Of a DNA stretch of 39,120 bases, positions 1-11,185 are shown piece by piece. This DNA is from Intoshia linei (taxonomy: Eukaryota > Animalia > Orthonectida). Each line of letters starts with the position of its first letter. Positions within the stretch are counted from its first letter, which is position 1. The notes under the pieces were generated by a model, which ran no database searches, was not told the DNA's origin, and saw nothing but the letters and a program-made list of their open reading frames with translations. The DNA lies in the NCBI GenBank assembly GCA_001642005.1, contig LWCA01000221.1:1-39120 (forward strand), in the 5' to 3' direction. The translations under genes were made by a program, and so were the position numbers.

Positions 1-303
1 CACCTTTTTTAAATTAATATTTTCATATACGTAGCAATAATAACAATCACCCTTTAAATTTGGTATAGTCCATATTCTTGGAGTATTGAAATATTTTTTA
101 CTTTTCATTAAATTCACATAACAAAAATTGCAAATATATTTAGGAATTCATTTTCCATGTGGTATTCGACCATAAAATTTTGTATAAAATTCGCCACATT
201 TGTTTGTATCATTAATTAAATATTTTTTCTTTGTCTTGAATAAAAAAGATCAGCAAAGTAAACAAAATTTATTTGAATTTTTTGATTGACAGTTGCAATT
301 CAT
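1..303 (-). pseudogene. Chapaev3-like transposase N-terminal Zn-binding region with two in-frame TGA stops
   Basis: Manual translation MNCNCQSKNSNKFCLLC*SFLFKTKKKY...FYTKFYGRIPHGK*IPKYICNFCYVNL...FNTPRIWTIPNLKGDCYYC matches the FCxxCG...WxP...CxxC...PRIWxxP...DCY(F/Y)C pattern I recall for Chapaev3 transposases. The stops fall where G and W are expected. Confidence 0.7.
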
Positions 304-494
304 ATTACTCAATTTAAACCTATTTCATCTCATATCCAAATAGCAACTCAATTTTAATTAGTTAATTTTATTTGGCCTATATCTCGGAAACTAGATCTAA
401 TTATCTATTAATATTTTATCAGTCATTATATTATCATTATGAGATCATAATTATATAGATTTGATTAATCTCTTTTTTGGAGTGTTGTACTGTG
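1..494 (-). mobile_element. 5' end of a Chapaev3-like (CMC superfamily) DNA transposon, continuing off the window start
   Basis: Minus-strand terminus CACAGTACAAC at 494, flanked by a TWA-type triplet (495-497). Chapaev3 elements have CAC termini and 3-bp TWA TSDs. The terminus is followed by a Cys-rich transposase N-terminus starting at 303. Only one end is visible. Confidence 0.65.
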
Positions 495-662
495 TAATTG
501 TGGTCCACCATATAATGAAAAATATAAATAAATAATAAATATTATAATTATTATCTATTTTGATGTTATTAGGGTGTGAGGTAAATATTTACTTATAAAC
601 CGCTATCGTAATTAAAAAAACTATCAAAACAATATTATAAAGTAACTTTTACATTAATTTAG

Positions 663-3027
663 TTCTCTTGGATGTCACACGGACGTTACACAAATTTTAA
701 GTAACCTTTGTTCAGCTCGCCAGGATTGTCAAATTCAATTTCAAACAAAAACATTTAGAGACATTCAAAAAAATACAAACTCATGTCCGAAAGATCTCAA
801 ATTATACTTATACATCAAATATACTTGCACTGAAGGTAACAATGACACTTTCATGTACAGTGTAGTTAAAAAAAATTTAGTTATCGATGCATGCAAAATT
901 GAATCATATAGTCAACAATTCAAACATTTTCCAATTTTGGACACAAAAGATGTAAATAACACATCTGAACAACCAAAACTACCCAGATTAGTAAGTTCAG
1001 AAGAAAATGTTGATAATGCGTGTTTTCATAATATCAAAACAAACACTGGCCGAGTTTTACAAATTATAGCACAACAATATAATCACAATTATAAAGATCA
1101 ATTTCTTTTTTCAAATACAAACTCAAATTCTGGTGATTATAGTCAACACTGCAAAACTCTACTCATTATTCAAGATGCTTCAGAAACTCTAAATTTATGT
1201 TTACCCACCAAAACCTTCTCTCAAAAATGGCCAGTTTATACGACTTTATCAAATTCAATTCGTGTAGGAATTCAACGAAGTAAAAATGTGGCAGTCATGA
1301 TTTATTATAAACGTAACATTTCATCCTTTAACTGTTTTATAATGGATTTATTAAAAGAAATTAAATGATTTAGCTGGTTTTGGATTTTTTAAGCGTATAA
1401 ATGTGTATAATTATTACAATAAAATTTAGAAGTTGGATGTGGTGCTATAAATAATGATACAAATAGATGGTATAAACGAAAAAATGACATTTTATTTGTG
1501 GGTTGTCAAATCGGTGACGGTAATGTACAATCATTGTATTGCTATCGCAATCAATGGAAAGGAGCTTTACCAAATTGCACCCATAAGAAAGGTTATATTA
1601 TTTAAATATATTTATGTAAAAATAACTAATTATTATTAATGTGATGTTATAATATAAAAAATTTAGGATTTTTTGCTTCAATAACAGAAACCGGAGATTT
1701 AAGTCAGCGTAATACTAAATCTTAAAAATTTGATAAATTAATAATAATAATAAATTTTTTAGAAATATCAATAGCAATAATAATCAGTGTAGCTCTAATT
1801 GTTTCAACCATCATTTTTGTAATTGGAGTCGTTTGTATCAAAAGGTATATTTTAAAAATTATATTTAAATGAAATTTAACCCTTTCACTGTCTGTGTATT
1901 CCATACTATACACAGCAATTTCACTTCACACGTCTGTGTATTCTATGATATACACAGTACGGGTGTGAATTGTTTCACTTTTTTGTGAAAATACAAAAGT
2001 GCCACCCCATACGTGAAAGATGAGGTTGAATGATACACAATTATCAAAAAATTATATAAATTGGATTAAAAAAACCCTGGGGCAAAGTACTTCAAAATAT
2101 GAATAATGAGCAAAATTTAATTTATTTTGTATAGTAAATTTCATAATAATAATTGTTTCCATAACAATTAATTTGAAATTTATATTTATTCAGTTTTCTC
2201 ATTGGAATCGGTTTTTTTATCAATTCGGCGTTCATCATTCGCTAGACGATAATTTTGCGCATCTTTATATCTATTTGTATAAAAATGTCATATCTAGTTA
2301 CTGTAAGCGATATATTGTTCAAAACTTTAGAGGCGATGCCATAGGGTTTTTTTAACAGTTGAGAGGTAAGACTGGGTGCAAATTGAATATTTTCAAAATG
2401 TTCATATGGTGGAAGGGTGCACTTTTAATATAAAAATTCGTTCACACCCCTAATACACAGCATAATTTTGAAAAACTTGATTCTTTTATATTATATATTT
2501 TCACATTGGTAATTTAAAATAATACAAGTTTAAATTAAAACATAAACTCCAGACGTGTAGTGATGCATCATAAAATAGTATTAGACAGTGAAAGGGTTAA
2601 ATTATATCATATGAATAGATATTCAATAAACAACATAAAAATGATGAAAAATTCAAGATCATGTGGTCAATTTTTTGATCGAAATTGTATAAATTCCAAC
2701 ATGCACAGAAAATCCAGTTTTAATCATTCAGAAGAAAATGAATTTCAAAATAATATTAACAAAGAAAACATTTCCACATATCATTGCAATATGCACTGTA
2801 AAAATCCGAAAAAAAGCAATCAAACAGATCACGTTTATAGTTCTATTGAAGATTTTTACGATTTAAATATGCGATATAACCCTTCAAAGCAAACTATTGA
2901 TAGATACACCAGTGAACCAGATGCAAATATTTGTAATCAAAAACATGGACATGTCACACCAAATGAAACCAATATACCACTACCTCCTCCCCTTCCACCA
3001 ATATTTGAAGTTTCACATACTAAATAG
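663..3027 (+). CDS. 5'-partial single-pass membrane protein: SUEL/Gal-lectin, CUB-like, CCP/sushi-like, TM, Tyr/Pro-motif tail; join(<663..835,881..1312,1430..1591,1667..1708,1763..1844,2619..3027)
   Basis: Phase-compatible GT-AG exons. SLGCHTDVTQILSNLCSARQDC...SCPKDLKLYLYIKYTC is the C-terminal half of a SUEL domain. VGC...RWYKR...VGC...LYCYRNQWKGALPNC is CCP-like. ISIAIIISVALIVSTIIFVIGVVCIKR is a TM helix with a basic stop. The tail has HVYSSI and PLPPPLPP. The CUB-like call for the middle exon is weak. Joins track ORFs 853..1368 and 2560..3027. Confidence 0.78.
1880..2596. mobile_element. piggyBac-type MITE in intron 1845..2618
   Basis: Perfect 14-bp TIRs CCCTTTCACTGTCT (1880-1893) / AGACAGTGAAAGGG (2583-2596), TTAA on both sides (1876-1879, 2597-2600), and a subterminal inverted motif CACGTCTG/CAGACGTG. 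Confidence 0.9.
1958..2452. mobile_element. hAT-type MITE nested inside the piggyBac MITE
   Basis: Termini TACGGGTGTGAA / TTCACACCCCTA (11/12 inverted match), perfect 8-bp TSD ATACACAG (1950-1957, 2453-2460), and subterminal inverted AAAAGTGC/GCACTTTT. Confidence 0.85.
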
Positions 3028-3215
3028 TCAGTTTATTAAATTTATTTCAAATTTACAAGTTTCAATTAACCAAATAACAATTTCCATAGTGTGAGTAATG
3101 TATTGACCACAATCAACGGATCTATACAAATTTATTCAGTTTAAAATTAATATTAATTTAATCTCAATTCTTTTCTAATCATTGACAAATATCGTTAATC
3201 ATTGTTGCTCTAGTA

Positions 3216-3605
3216 CAGCGGTTCCCAACATACTTCGCAGTTAATACCCCTAAACTGAAAAAAAATAATTTGGTACCAATAATAATTTACATTTATTGTA
3301 ACTATGACACCGCATGAATTTAAAAAAATTGTTAAAACTCTACTTGACTAAAAATGGATATCTGAAAAATCGTTAATGATTGAACTGACGCAATAAAGAC
3401 GTATATATTTAATATGCAACCTTAAAATCGCAGACTATCAAATAGACGTAAATACATAAGGAACTAAGTATATTATTACAATTTAATTTTTATTTTTTTT
3501 TAGAATTTAAAAAATATCTATAATTAATGAGTCATAGTATCAGATGAGCTGGTACCCATAGTCCCCAGTCCCACGTGGTCCCAGTATTTCACTTGGGAAT
3601 CGCTG
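3216..3605. mobile_element. hAT (Buster/Charlie-type) MITE
   Basis: TIRs CAGCGGTTCCCAA / TTGGGAATCGCTG (12/13); TSD CTCTAGTA / ATCTAGTA (7/8, central TA). Confidence 0.85.
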
Positions 3606-3758
3606 ATCTAGTACTTTTTATGGTGACGGATCACCAAAAATTATGATTCAACAGCAGTAGCGTCGTCTTGCAAGTGTCCAGGGGAGCACGTGTTCTCAAC
3701 AGTATACTTTATTTTAATACATCTATTCCAGTGGTTACCGATTCAAATAGTGTGCGGA

Positions 3759-4104
3759 TAGGGTTGCCAACTGCGTTATTTTCCCCGAGACTTCGAGTTT
3801 ACAAATTAAACTCAGGGCTCAGGGTTAAGTGATATTTCAGGATAATTTAATTATATCAATCAAAATCATTTGAAATGTGCTATTTGCTATTTGTTATGAA
3901 AAATTTAAAGTATTCATTATGAAATTTGCAATAAAAATTGTGTATAAACTGTTATTATTTTTTGAAAAAGAAACCCCAAGTAAAAGAGAACCCTCAAAAA
4001 ATTTTTTAAATAACAAAAAAATAACACGCTTCGCAGAGCTTCAGCCAAATTTTGAGCTTCGCTCAAAAATTCGGGTTGAGAATAACTTAATGTTGGTAAC
4101 TCTA
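3759..4104. mobile_element. hAT (Blackjack-like terminus) MITE
   Basis: TIRs TAGGGTTGCCAAC / GTTGGTAACTCTA (11/13); degenerate TSD TGTGCGGA / TTTACGGA (6/8). Confidence 0.7.
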
Positions 4105-4302
4105 TTTACGGACCCTCATTTCAAAATAAGTATATAATTATTTTTTAAACCCCAAAGCAAGATACGTTAATTTGTAAAATTTTTTTTACAAATGATAGTT
4201 TTTGTAAAAGATTTTATTAAAATTATTTTATATACATTAAATATTTTTAATCAAACTTTTAAAGGGTTTTTAAGATTTTTTTTAATTTACAAACTACAAT
4301 TT

Positions 4303-4404
4303 AAATAAAGTGGCCAGAAAAAAACAACATACTATCACTTTTTGTTTATTTGGAATAAATTTTAAGCCGAAAATTTTTATTCGTCATCGTAGATAAGTAG
4401 TTTT
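4303..4404. repeat. Dispersed repeat, copy 1 (copy 2 at 11087..11185)
   Basis: AAATAAAGTGGCCA...ATCACTTTT...GGAATAAATTTTAAGC.GAAAATTTTTATTCGTCATC.TAGATAAGTAGTTTT occurs at both loci in the same orientation. Confidence 0.85.
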
Positions 4405-4939
4405 AATTTAAATGTTAAAAAACAAAAAATCATAAATATTAGTTACTATGAGCGATAAAATGATGAAAACTTAAATGGCATTGTCCGGATGTTTTTTGAA
4501 AAGCAGCACCTCTGATTGGGTGAAAATCGAAGGTATGCATTTCCTCGTTGAATGATAGGGTGTACTTTTTATATAAAAATTTGTGGACACTCCTAATAAA
4601 CAACCAAAATACAAAAAAACATACATTTAATGACAGTTTGAATGGAAATAATCGCATCTCTAATTTTAAGCGACAATTTGCTTGCATTATCATAATCGTA
4701 TTTGCGAACAACTAAATTTAACGATAAATAAAAAAAATAAAAACGAAAAACTTTTAAGTCTTTTTTCGTGAATAATACAAGCAGCATTGAGCGAAAGTAC
4801 AATAAACTCGATAACATATTGAATACCAAACATTATTCAATTATTGTGAATTTTTGCAAGGTTTTCAAGTTTTATTTAAAATTTAAATTATACTAAAAGT
4901 ATTTTTATACAAAGCAAAAAATTTGAAATGAATTAAAAT

Positions 4940-7900
4940 TTATTTTTTATTGTTTTCTAGAAACATATCTTGATAAATATCTTTGAGGATACTTTTCATT
5001 CTAGTGGATTTTTTGTCGAGTTGATTTTGTACAGGCATATTAAGGTTGGGGCCGCTTGCATCAATTGGATTAAATCGATTAGATTCATTGTTTTGATTAA
5101 ATTGATTTTGGTATATTTGCCCAGGGTGAGTGGAATTATATTGTTCACTGTGATTTACATGTTGAGGTTGTACGTTATAGTGTTGCCTGGAAAGATTTTG
5201 ATTATAAATGATGATTTCCGAGTTGTCTCTCGAATGATTAGTCTCATCAGATTCATTTGGATAGGGTTGATTGTTTAATTTAAAATGTTTAGACAAGTCG
5301 ATTGGATTGATTGAATTTACAGGATTACAAGTACAGTCGATACCATTACATGTGGCACAGCTTTCATTAATGGCATTGATAAAATTGGATACTGGGCTCT
5401 GATAACTATTAACATTCCTGCAAGAATCTGGCCACTGATGAATTACCAACTGATTATTATCATTTTGCTTAAGAGTGTGATGTCTAGATTTTTTGCGGTA
5501 AGGTTCAATTTCATATTCCAAAGGACGTTTGTAGTTATATTTCAGAGGAATTTTAGCTTGCTCGTTAAAATTGCATCCGCCATTGTCATTAGATTTGATG
5601 GACGAATTTGAAGACGGTATGGCTACTCCACTGTCTGATTTTTTAGTACTATCAATTTGACTACAATAAACTTTTCCATCGTCAGATTCTTGTGGTCGGT
5701 CAGAATTTCTGCGATTTTGGTATTTGCAGGATGAATAGCACATGTCACTTGAAATTAATGACGCGTCAATTATGGTCTTATTTTGGAACGATTCATTTCC
5801 AACGGACTCGAAAGATTTGTAACTTTCCAAGTCCATTTTATTCACATCTGAAAATTGACAAGAATTAATATTGTGTACAGGTTGGTGAATTTGTCTAAGA
5901 GAAAACTCCATTTTATCGTTTAAATTTTTTTGATCCATTTTTGGGTTGTTTATTATATTGTACAAGGCAATGTTTTCGTTTTTTCTGTTATTGTGCATTA
6001 TGTTGTGAGACACGTTCATATATTCGCTTCTTTTTATATTTTTAACCTTTTCAACATTTTCAAAATTATTAACTACTGAATAGGTTAATGGTGTCGAACA
6101 ACGACGTGATCTATTGTCTTCCATTACAGTCTCCCTTTTACTACATCTTCTTAGTCGGTGTAATGGTTGTGTTTTGGCGTAATTTTGGTTGGTGTTGGTT
6201 TGGTATATTTGACTTTTTTCTTTTTCTTTGTGAAAATTGTGATGCATTGTTTTTGAAAAATTTTCATTATTTCTTAAATCTTTTTTCTTTTCGTTAAATG
6301 CTACTTTTTTTGAAAATCTAGTCATGGAATTTTTTAATTTATTTTTTTAAAGTTAATGTTTACCTCAATGAATTTCTGTCGTATTCTTCTGGGTCAACGA
6401 GATAGACTAAGTAGTGCCGGTTTTTTATCAAAGTGTTTAGTACCACAAATGCTAAATTATTTTGTTTATTTAAAATCAATTTTAAATAGATATTTCAATA
6501 ACCTTAAAGATAAATCTATAAATTCCTGTATATAATAAATTATTTGAATCATAGCAATTAGAGTCATACAGGGGTCGATATTTTTATAATCCGAAAGAAT
6601 CAATTATATACATTGACATCCATATTTCTTTATTTGAAATGTGTAGACGTTCAATGCACATTTTATTTGAAATTGTAGGATTAATATTTTTAATTTTAAT
6701 CCAAACATTTTAAGAATATTTGGTGATAATTAAAAATTAAATTATTTTAAAATTATTTTTACCGGGAATGCGTGGGTTTCAGGGGTTCAGGTTGAAATTT
6801 TTTATCTATATCACCTGGAATAAGCTATATCAGAATAATCTCTTTTTTAATTGTAGGGTCGTTAATTATTTCAAATTATTTGTTTTACTGTTATATATTT
6901 ACTGTACTAGTATGTCATAATTACAAAATGAATATTAAGGTGCTTTTTTGACCGTGAATGCGTCACTTTGTCAGATTGACATTTTTTGTGTGTTAACTGG
7001 ATATAACTATCAGTCGTAATTTTTTTTAAATTCTAGGACTATTTTCATTTTTTAAAAATAGGGTAATCTGTTGTTTTGATCGTGAAAATGTACTTTTTTG
7101 TGGGTTAGCGATTTATGATAAATGTTGATGATTTAAAAACCTACATCATAATTTATGTTGTATAAAATTCTAGGCTTTTTTCATTTTTAAAAAAACTCTG
7201 ATACAGATTTTAAAATAATGAACATTGTCATAAATTTAAATTTCAAAAAGATATATCTTCAAGGCGAAACCCCCAAATTACCCTTTCTTCAAAAATGAAA
7301 TTTATAAAATTTGTAACCCAATTTAAATTTATTTAATTGTTAATCACTCTTTAATTTCTTAATTGTCATTATGATATTATTAATTTCCATTTTTAACAGG
7401 TAAAAAATGTTACATTTTATTTTTAATATCCAAAGATTTTTCTAGCTATTTTTTTAAATTTTATCTCATAAAAATCAATGTATGAGTCCGTCCTCAACAT
7501 TAACAAATTAGTAATTACTTTGTACATCCTTACTTATATAATGATTTGCAATATTTGTTTTTCTGTGTATTTGTTACCGTTTATTTCAATAACTACCAGT
7601 CTTAGAATTTTATAAAGTCTATATTTCAATTACAGTTTTTTCCGGGGGTGATATCAAAATAAATTTCAACCTCCGAAACTAACATCTTACGGGTCAAAAA
7701 CTTCAATTGTCTTTTTTTTTAAAAAATCAAACGAGTTGGAGAATTTAAAAAATATATACTCTGATACGGATTTTAAAATCATAAATTTAAATTTAAAAAA
7801 AATATATCTTCAGGGCTAAAACCCCATATTACCCTTTTTTTAATCGAAACAGCCCTATAATTTAAAAAAAATTACAGGTGGTACAGTTGTATTCTGTTAA

Positions 7901-10060
7901 CACACAAAAAAAATTTCAATCCGAATAAGTGACGACTTCACGGTCAAAAAAATATTTTAGTATGACTATAAATTAATCTGTCATTAATTTATCAATTTTT
8001 AGCTTCTAAATGTTTATTTTTTCAATTGATTTGTTATTTATGGCAATTGATTTACGTAACAATTAAATAATAGAGTTTGCCTTTGAATAAATAAATTTAA
8101 CACTAAATTTACATATTATCAATTATTCGAATTGTCAATTAATTTTAATTTAAAGTAAAAAATTATATTTAACTACAATTGTAATTAAAGTATTAATGTA
8201 AAATGAATAAATTTCACTTACTAAAACTTTTTGTAACCCTTTACTTATATAATATGCTTTGTTTGTCTGTGTGTTGTGTAACAGTCACCTTAATTAAGTA
8301 TAATTATATTAAATGTCTATATTACCTTTTATTTAAAAAAACCTTATTTCTAATACCGTTTTTCGCAGGTGATGTTAATATTTGTTTTATTTTCCCAATT
8401 TGAGACCTTTAGGGTTAAAAACCCAAGTTGTCACTTTTTTTTAAAAAGTGTCAGTATAAAAATTAAAAATCTAGTTTTTGAAATATTATATCCACTACAG
8501 ACCCAAGTTAAAACTGAAATATTAAGATACCATATTATACCTACAAACCATATTACAAAAAAATTAGAAATATTCTATGGTTTTAACACCAGAGAATATT
8601 TTTTTTGAGAACAAATAGAATGTAATTATGTCAATAGTAGAGTATTGTAATATGTGTAAAAACTGAAAATTTATATGGGTAAGTGTCGAATTAATTAGGA
8701 GTGGGTGCCTATAATTGACGAGATGAACGTATTATAATAGAGAATTTTAATATTAAAGATAAATATCTATCATGAATAAAAATGAAAATTTAGAAGCTAA
8801 AAACTGATAAATCAATTGACAAATAAAATAATTGCTATAATTTCTAAATTTAATGATATAAGTTTAACTTTAATTGACGCCTATATAATATTTAATTGCT
8901 ATGCGTAACAAATGACAAAATAAACATTTAGAAGCTAAAAACTGTTAAATCAATTGACAATTGACATTTAAATTACAGCCTTTTAGTATTCATATTTTTT
9001 TTCCATAATATTTTATTAAAACAAAAAATTTGAAACAATTAACGGTCCGAAAATTAAAAAAAGATTATTCTAATAGAGCTGATTCCAGTTGATATAAATA
9101 CAAATTTTCAACACCTGAAATCTACGAATTCACGATGAAAAATAATTTTTAATATATTATCAACCAATATTTTTTAATCGAAATACAAATTTCGATTAAA
9201 ATAAAGATTGAAAATATAAATATTGATCCTACAATTTCAAAAAAAAAGTGCATTGAACGTCTACACATTTTCCAATAAAAAAATATGGGTGAAAAATCTA
9301 TATAATTCATTCTTTCGCAATTTTTAAATTTCAAATTCTCATTTTCAAAACATTTTAAATAAAATTGAATTAAAAACTACGAAACTAAAAGTAATACAAC
9401 TTTGTTATTATTATTTTGTAAATTTATTATAATCTTTTGCAATATTGGTAAAATTCGCCATAAACATGTTTAAAATACAAAATAGTATACTGCTAAATAT
9501 ACAAATTGATGTTACCCGATAAGGTTATCAATGATGATTGATCAATAAATCGATCATAAAGTTTCGACAAACATGTTTTTTTTAATTTAAAATATTTAAA
9601 TGTTCATATATTTGCGTATAATGATGTATTTAAATTAATTACCATCGTTAGTTTTCTTGATACACCTCGCAGTAATTGTAAAATTTTGACCTACCGATAA
9701 TCTTGAAATATTGTTGGGATTATTATCAGCACAGTCGATTTTTATGTAAGGTTTTATAAATGTGTTTTTCTTGTTTCTATTGCTAATTTTTCGTTTTGAT
9801 GGACATTTTTGTTTTTTATTATGTTTGACATTGTTAAATATTAGATAATTAATTAGAGCTTGAGTATCTGATAATGATTTTGTAATCATCTCAGTTTTTT
9901 TGTTGAAAATTTCATTTTGTGCACTAAATTTATTTGCCAAATTTTTGATATCAGTTTCTTTTGACTTTTCATTTACATTACGTTCATTTTCCTCATCATT
10001 CGTTACACAATTTAGCAACTTTAATTTATTCTTACACTTTTGCATTGTGAAATTTTTAAT
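4940..10060 (-). CDS. Uncharacterised Asn/Ser/Gln-rich protein; complement(join(4940..6317,6364..6451,9643..>10060)), 5' end uncertain
   Basis: The 461-aa ORF is entered through a 46-bp intron (6318..6363) from an 88-nt exon (FVVLNTLIKNRHYLVYLVDPEEYDRNSL). That exon's phase-1 acceptor matches the phase-1 donor ending the 9635..10045 ORF (..KKTND G|GT). No recognisable domain. The join across the 3.2 kb intron is inferred from phase only. Confidence 0.6.
6590..9410. mobile_element. Large modular inverted-repeat (foldback-like) element or cluster filling the 3.2 kb intron
   Basis: About 6590-6880 is the reverse complement of about 9030-9320 (GTGTAGACGTTCAATGCAC / GTGCATTGAACGTCTACAC). About 6945-7075 inverts to about 7820-7950. 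About 7988-8020 inverts to about 8790-8815 and 8920-8950. Related modules recur at 13725-14152 and about 28100-28430. Boundaries are approximate. Confidence 0.7.
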
Positions 10061-10496
10061 CTAAAAGTTTAATCAATAAAATTAATTTTATAAGTAAATT
10101 TGGGTAGATTTTAAAATTAGTGGCCAATAATTAATATCTTTAAACCAATTTGGATATAGTATATTTAGTTTACTGGAGTATCACATTTTGAATACCTAGT
10201 TCAGTATCCTTCAAATATCCCCGAATTCTGACGGAGGCCTAGATAAAATGGCAAATTTTTTAAATTTAACATGACGGAAATGTGGCGTTATAGATAACGA
10301 TTTAAAAACATCTGGACATGTGTGGATCAGGTTTAACCTTTACGAGACAATCCATATAAACAAATCAAGTTATTAAAACACCTATTTATATACATACCCT
10401 TTTTTAAGTTTATAGGGTATTGCACCATGGCATGATACTAAGATACCGTAATTATAGTTAACTATGTTCCTAATTAACACTAAGTATGTATTACAG

Positions 10497-10695
10497 CAGC
10501 GTTCCCAACTTCGTTAAACCTTGCGAATCGGTTAAAACATAAAAACAAAAAACCAAACAATTAACCAAACTTATTCGTATTATTAAAAACCGCTCTAGAT
10601 ATTTCATTTATTTTATGTTTGAAAATAGTATTTTAATTTAATTTTTTAACCGATATTTCATTTACTGGTTCGCGGTTCAGCGGTGGGTAACACTA
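10497..10695. mobile_element. Degraded hAT-type MITE
   Basis: Termini CAGCGTTCCCAAC / GTGGGTAACACTA (9/13); TSD TATTACAG / GCTTACAG (6/8). Confidence 0.5.
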
Positions 10696-11086
10696 GCTTA
10701 CAGTAAATATTAATTTAACAAATACCTGTCAGTCTTAAAATGTGAAACTTTAAATGCTTATTTTTAAAATTAATATACTTGACTACAATCTCCACAAACT
10801 GGTTTTGTCTATAATTATAATGATTAATTTTAATAAATAAAGTGATTCTTTTTAAATTAAAAATTTTCAAAATATTGATTTTATACATTATTTTAATATT
10901 ACATGTCTGTCTAACCAAATTAAGTGAAAGCTTAATAAAATTTAATTTAGAAATTTCAATTTTTAATTTTAGAAACCTACAGCGGGTTTTACAGACTTTT
11001 ATAGTTTCATCACTTCAAAATTTAAATAACACTAATGGAAAATTTTCAACTTTTTGTCGTGCACCAGATAAAATCAACATCATCTG

Positions 11087-11185
11087 AAATAAAGTGGCCA
11101 TAAAAATACGTAATATCACTTTTAGTTTATCTGGAATAAATTTTAAGCAGAAAATTTTTATTCGTCATCATAGATAAGTAGTTTT
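11087..11185. repeat. Dispersed repeat, copy 2 (copy 1 at 4303..4404)
   Basis: Direct, closely similar copy of 4303..4404. Confidence 0.85.

Noticed and set aside
1-303. TGA read-through or an alternative genetic code
   Set aside because: The two TGAs align to different residues (G and W), and NEK2 ends in TGA. These are ordinary pseudogene mutations.
573-580. 8-nt microexon (TTAG|GGTGTGAG|GTAAAT) for the lectin gene
   Set aside because: The reading that supplies the expected Cys ends in phase 0, but exon 663 needs phase 2. It cannot be supported without upstream sequence.
3640-3758. hAT dimerization-like peptide (GEHVFST)
   Set aside because: Too short and degenerate to call.
4439-4829. 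Track ORFs and an integrase-like STPYH peptide
   Set aside because: No supporting catalytic motifs, and the order relative to the putative RT piece does not fit Gypsy.
4970-6297. Plus-strand ORFs 4970..5278 and 6088..6297
   Set aside because: Antisense shadows of the 461-aa exon.
8203-9334. Short ORFs inside the inverted-repeat element
   Set aside because: Low-complexity translations of AT-rich repeat DNA with no transposase motifs.
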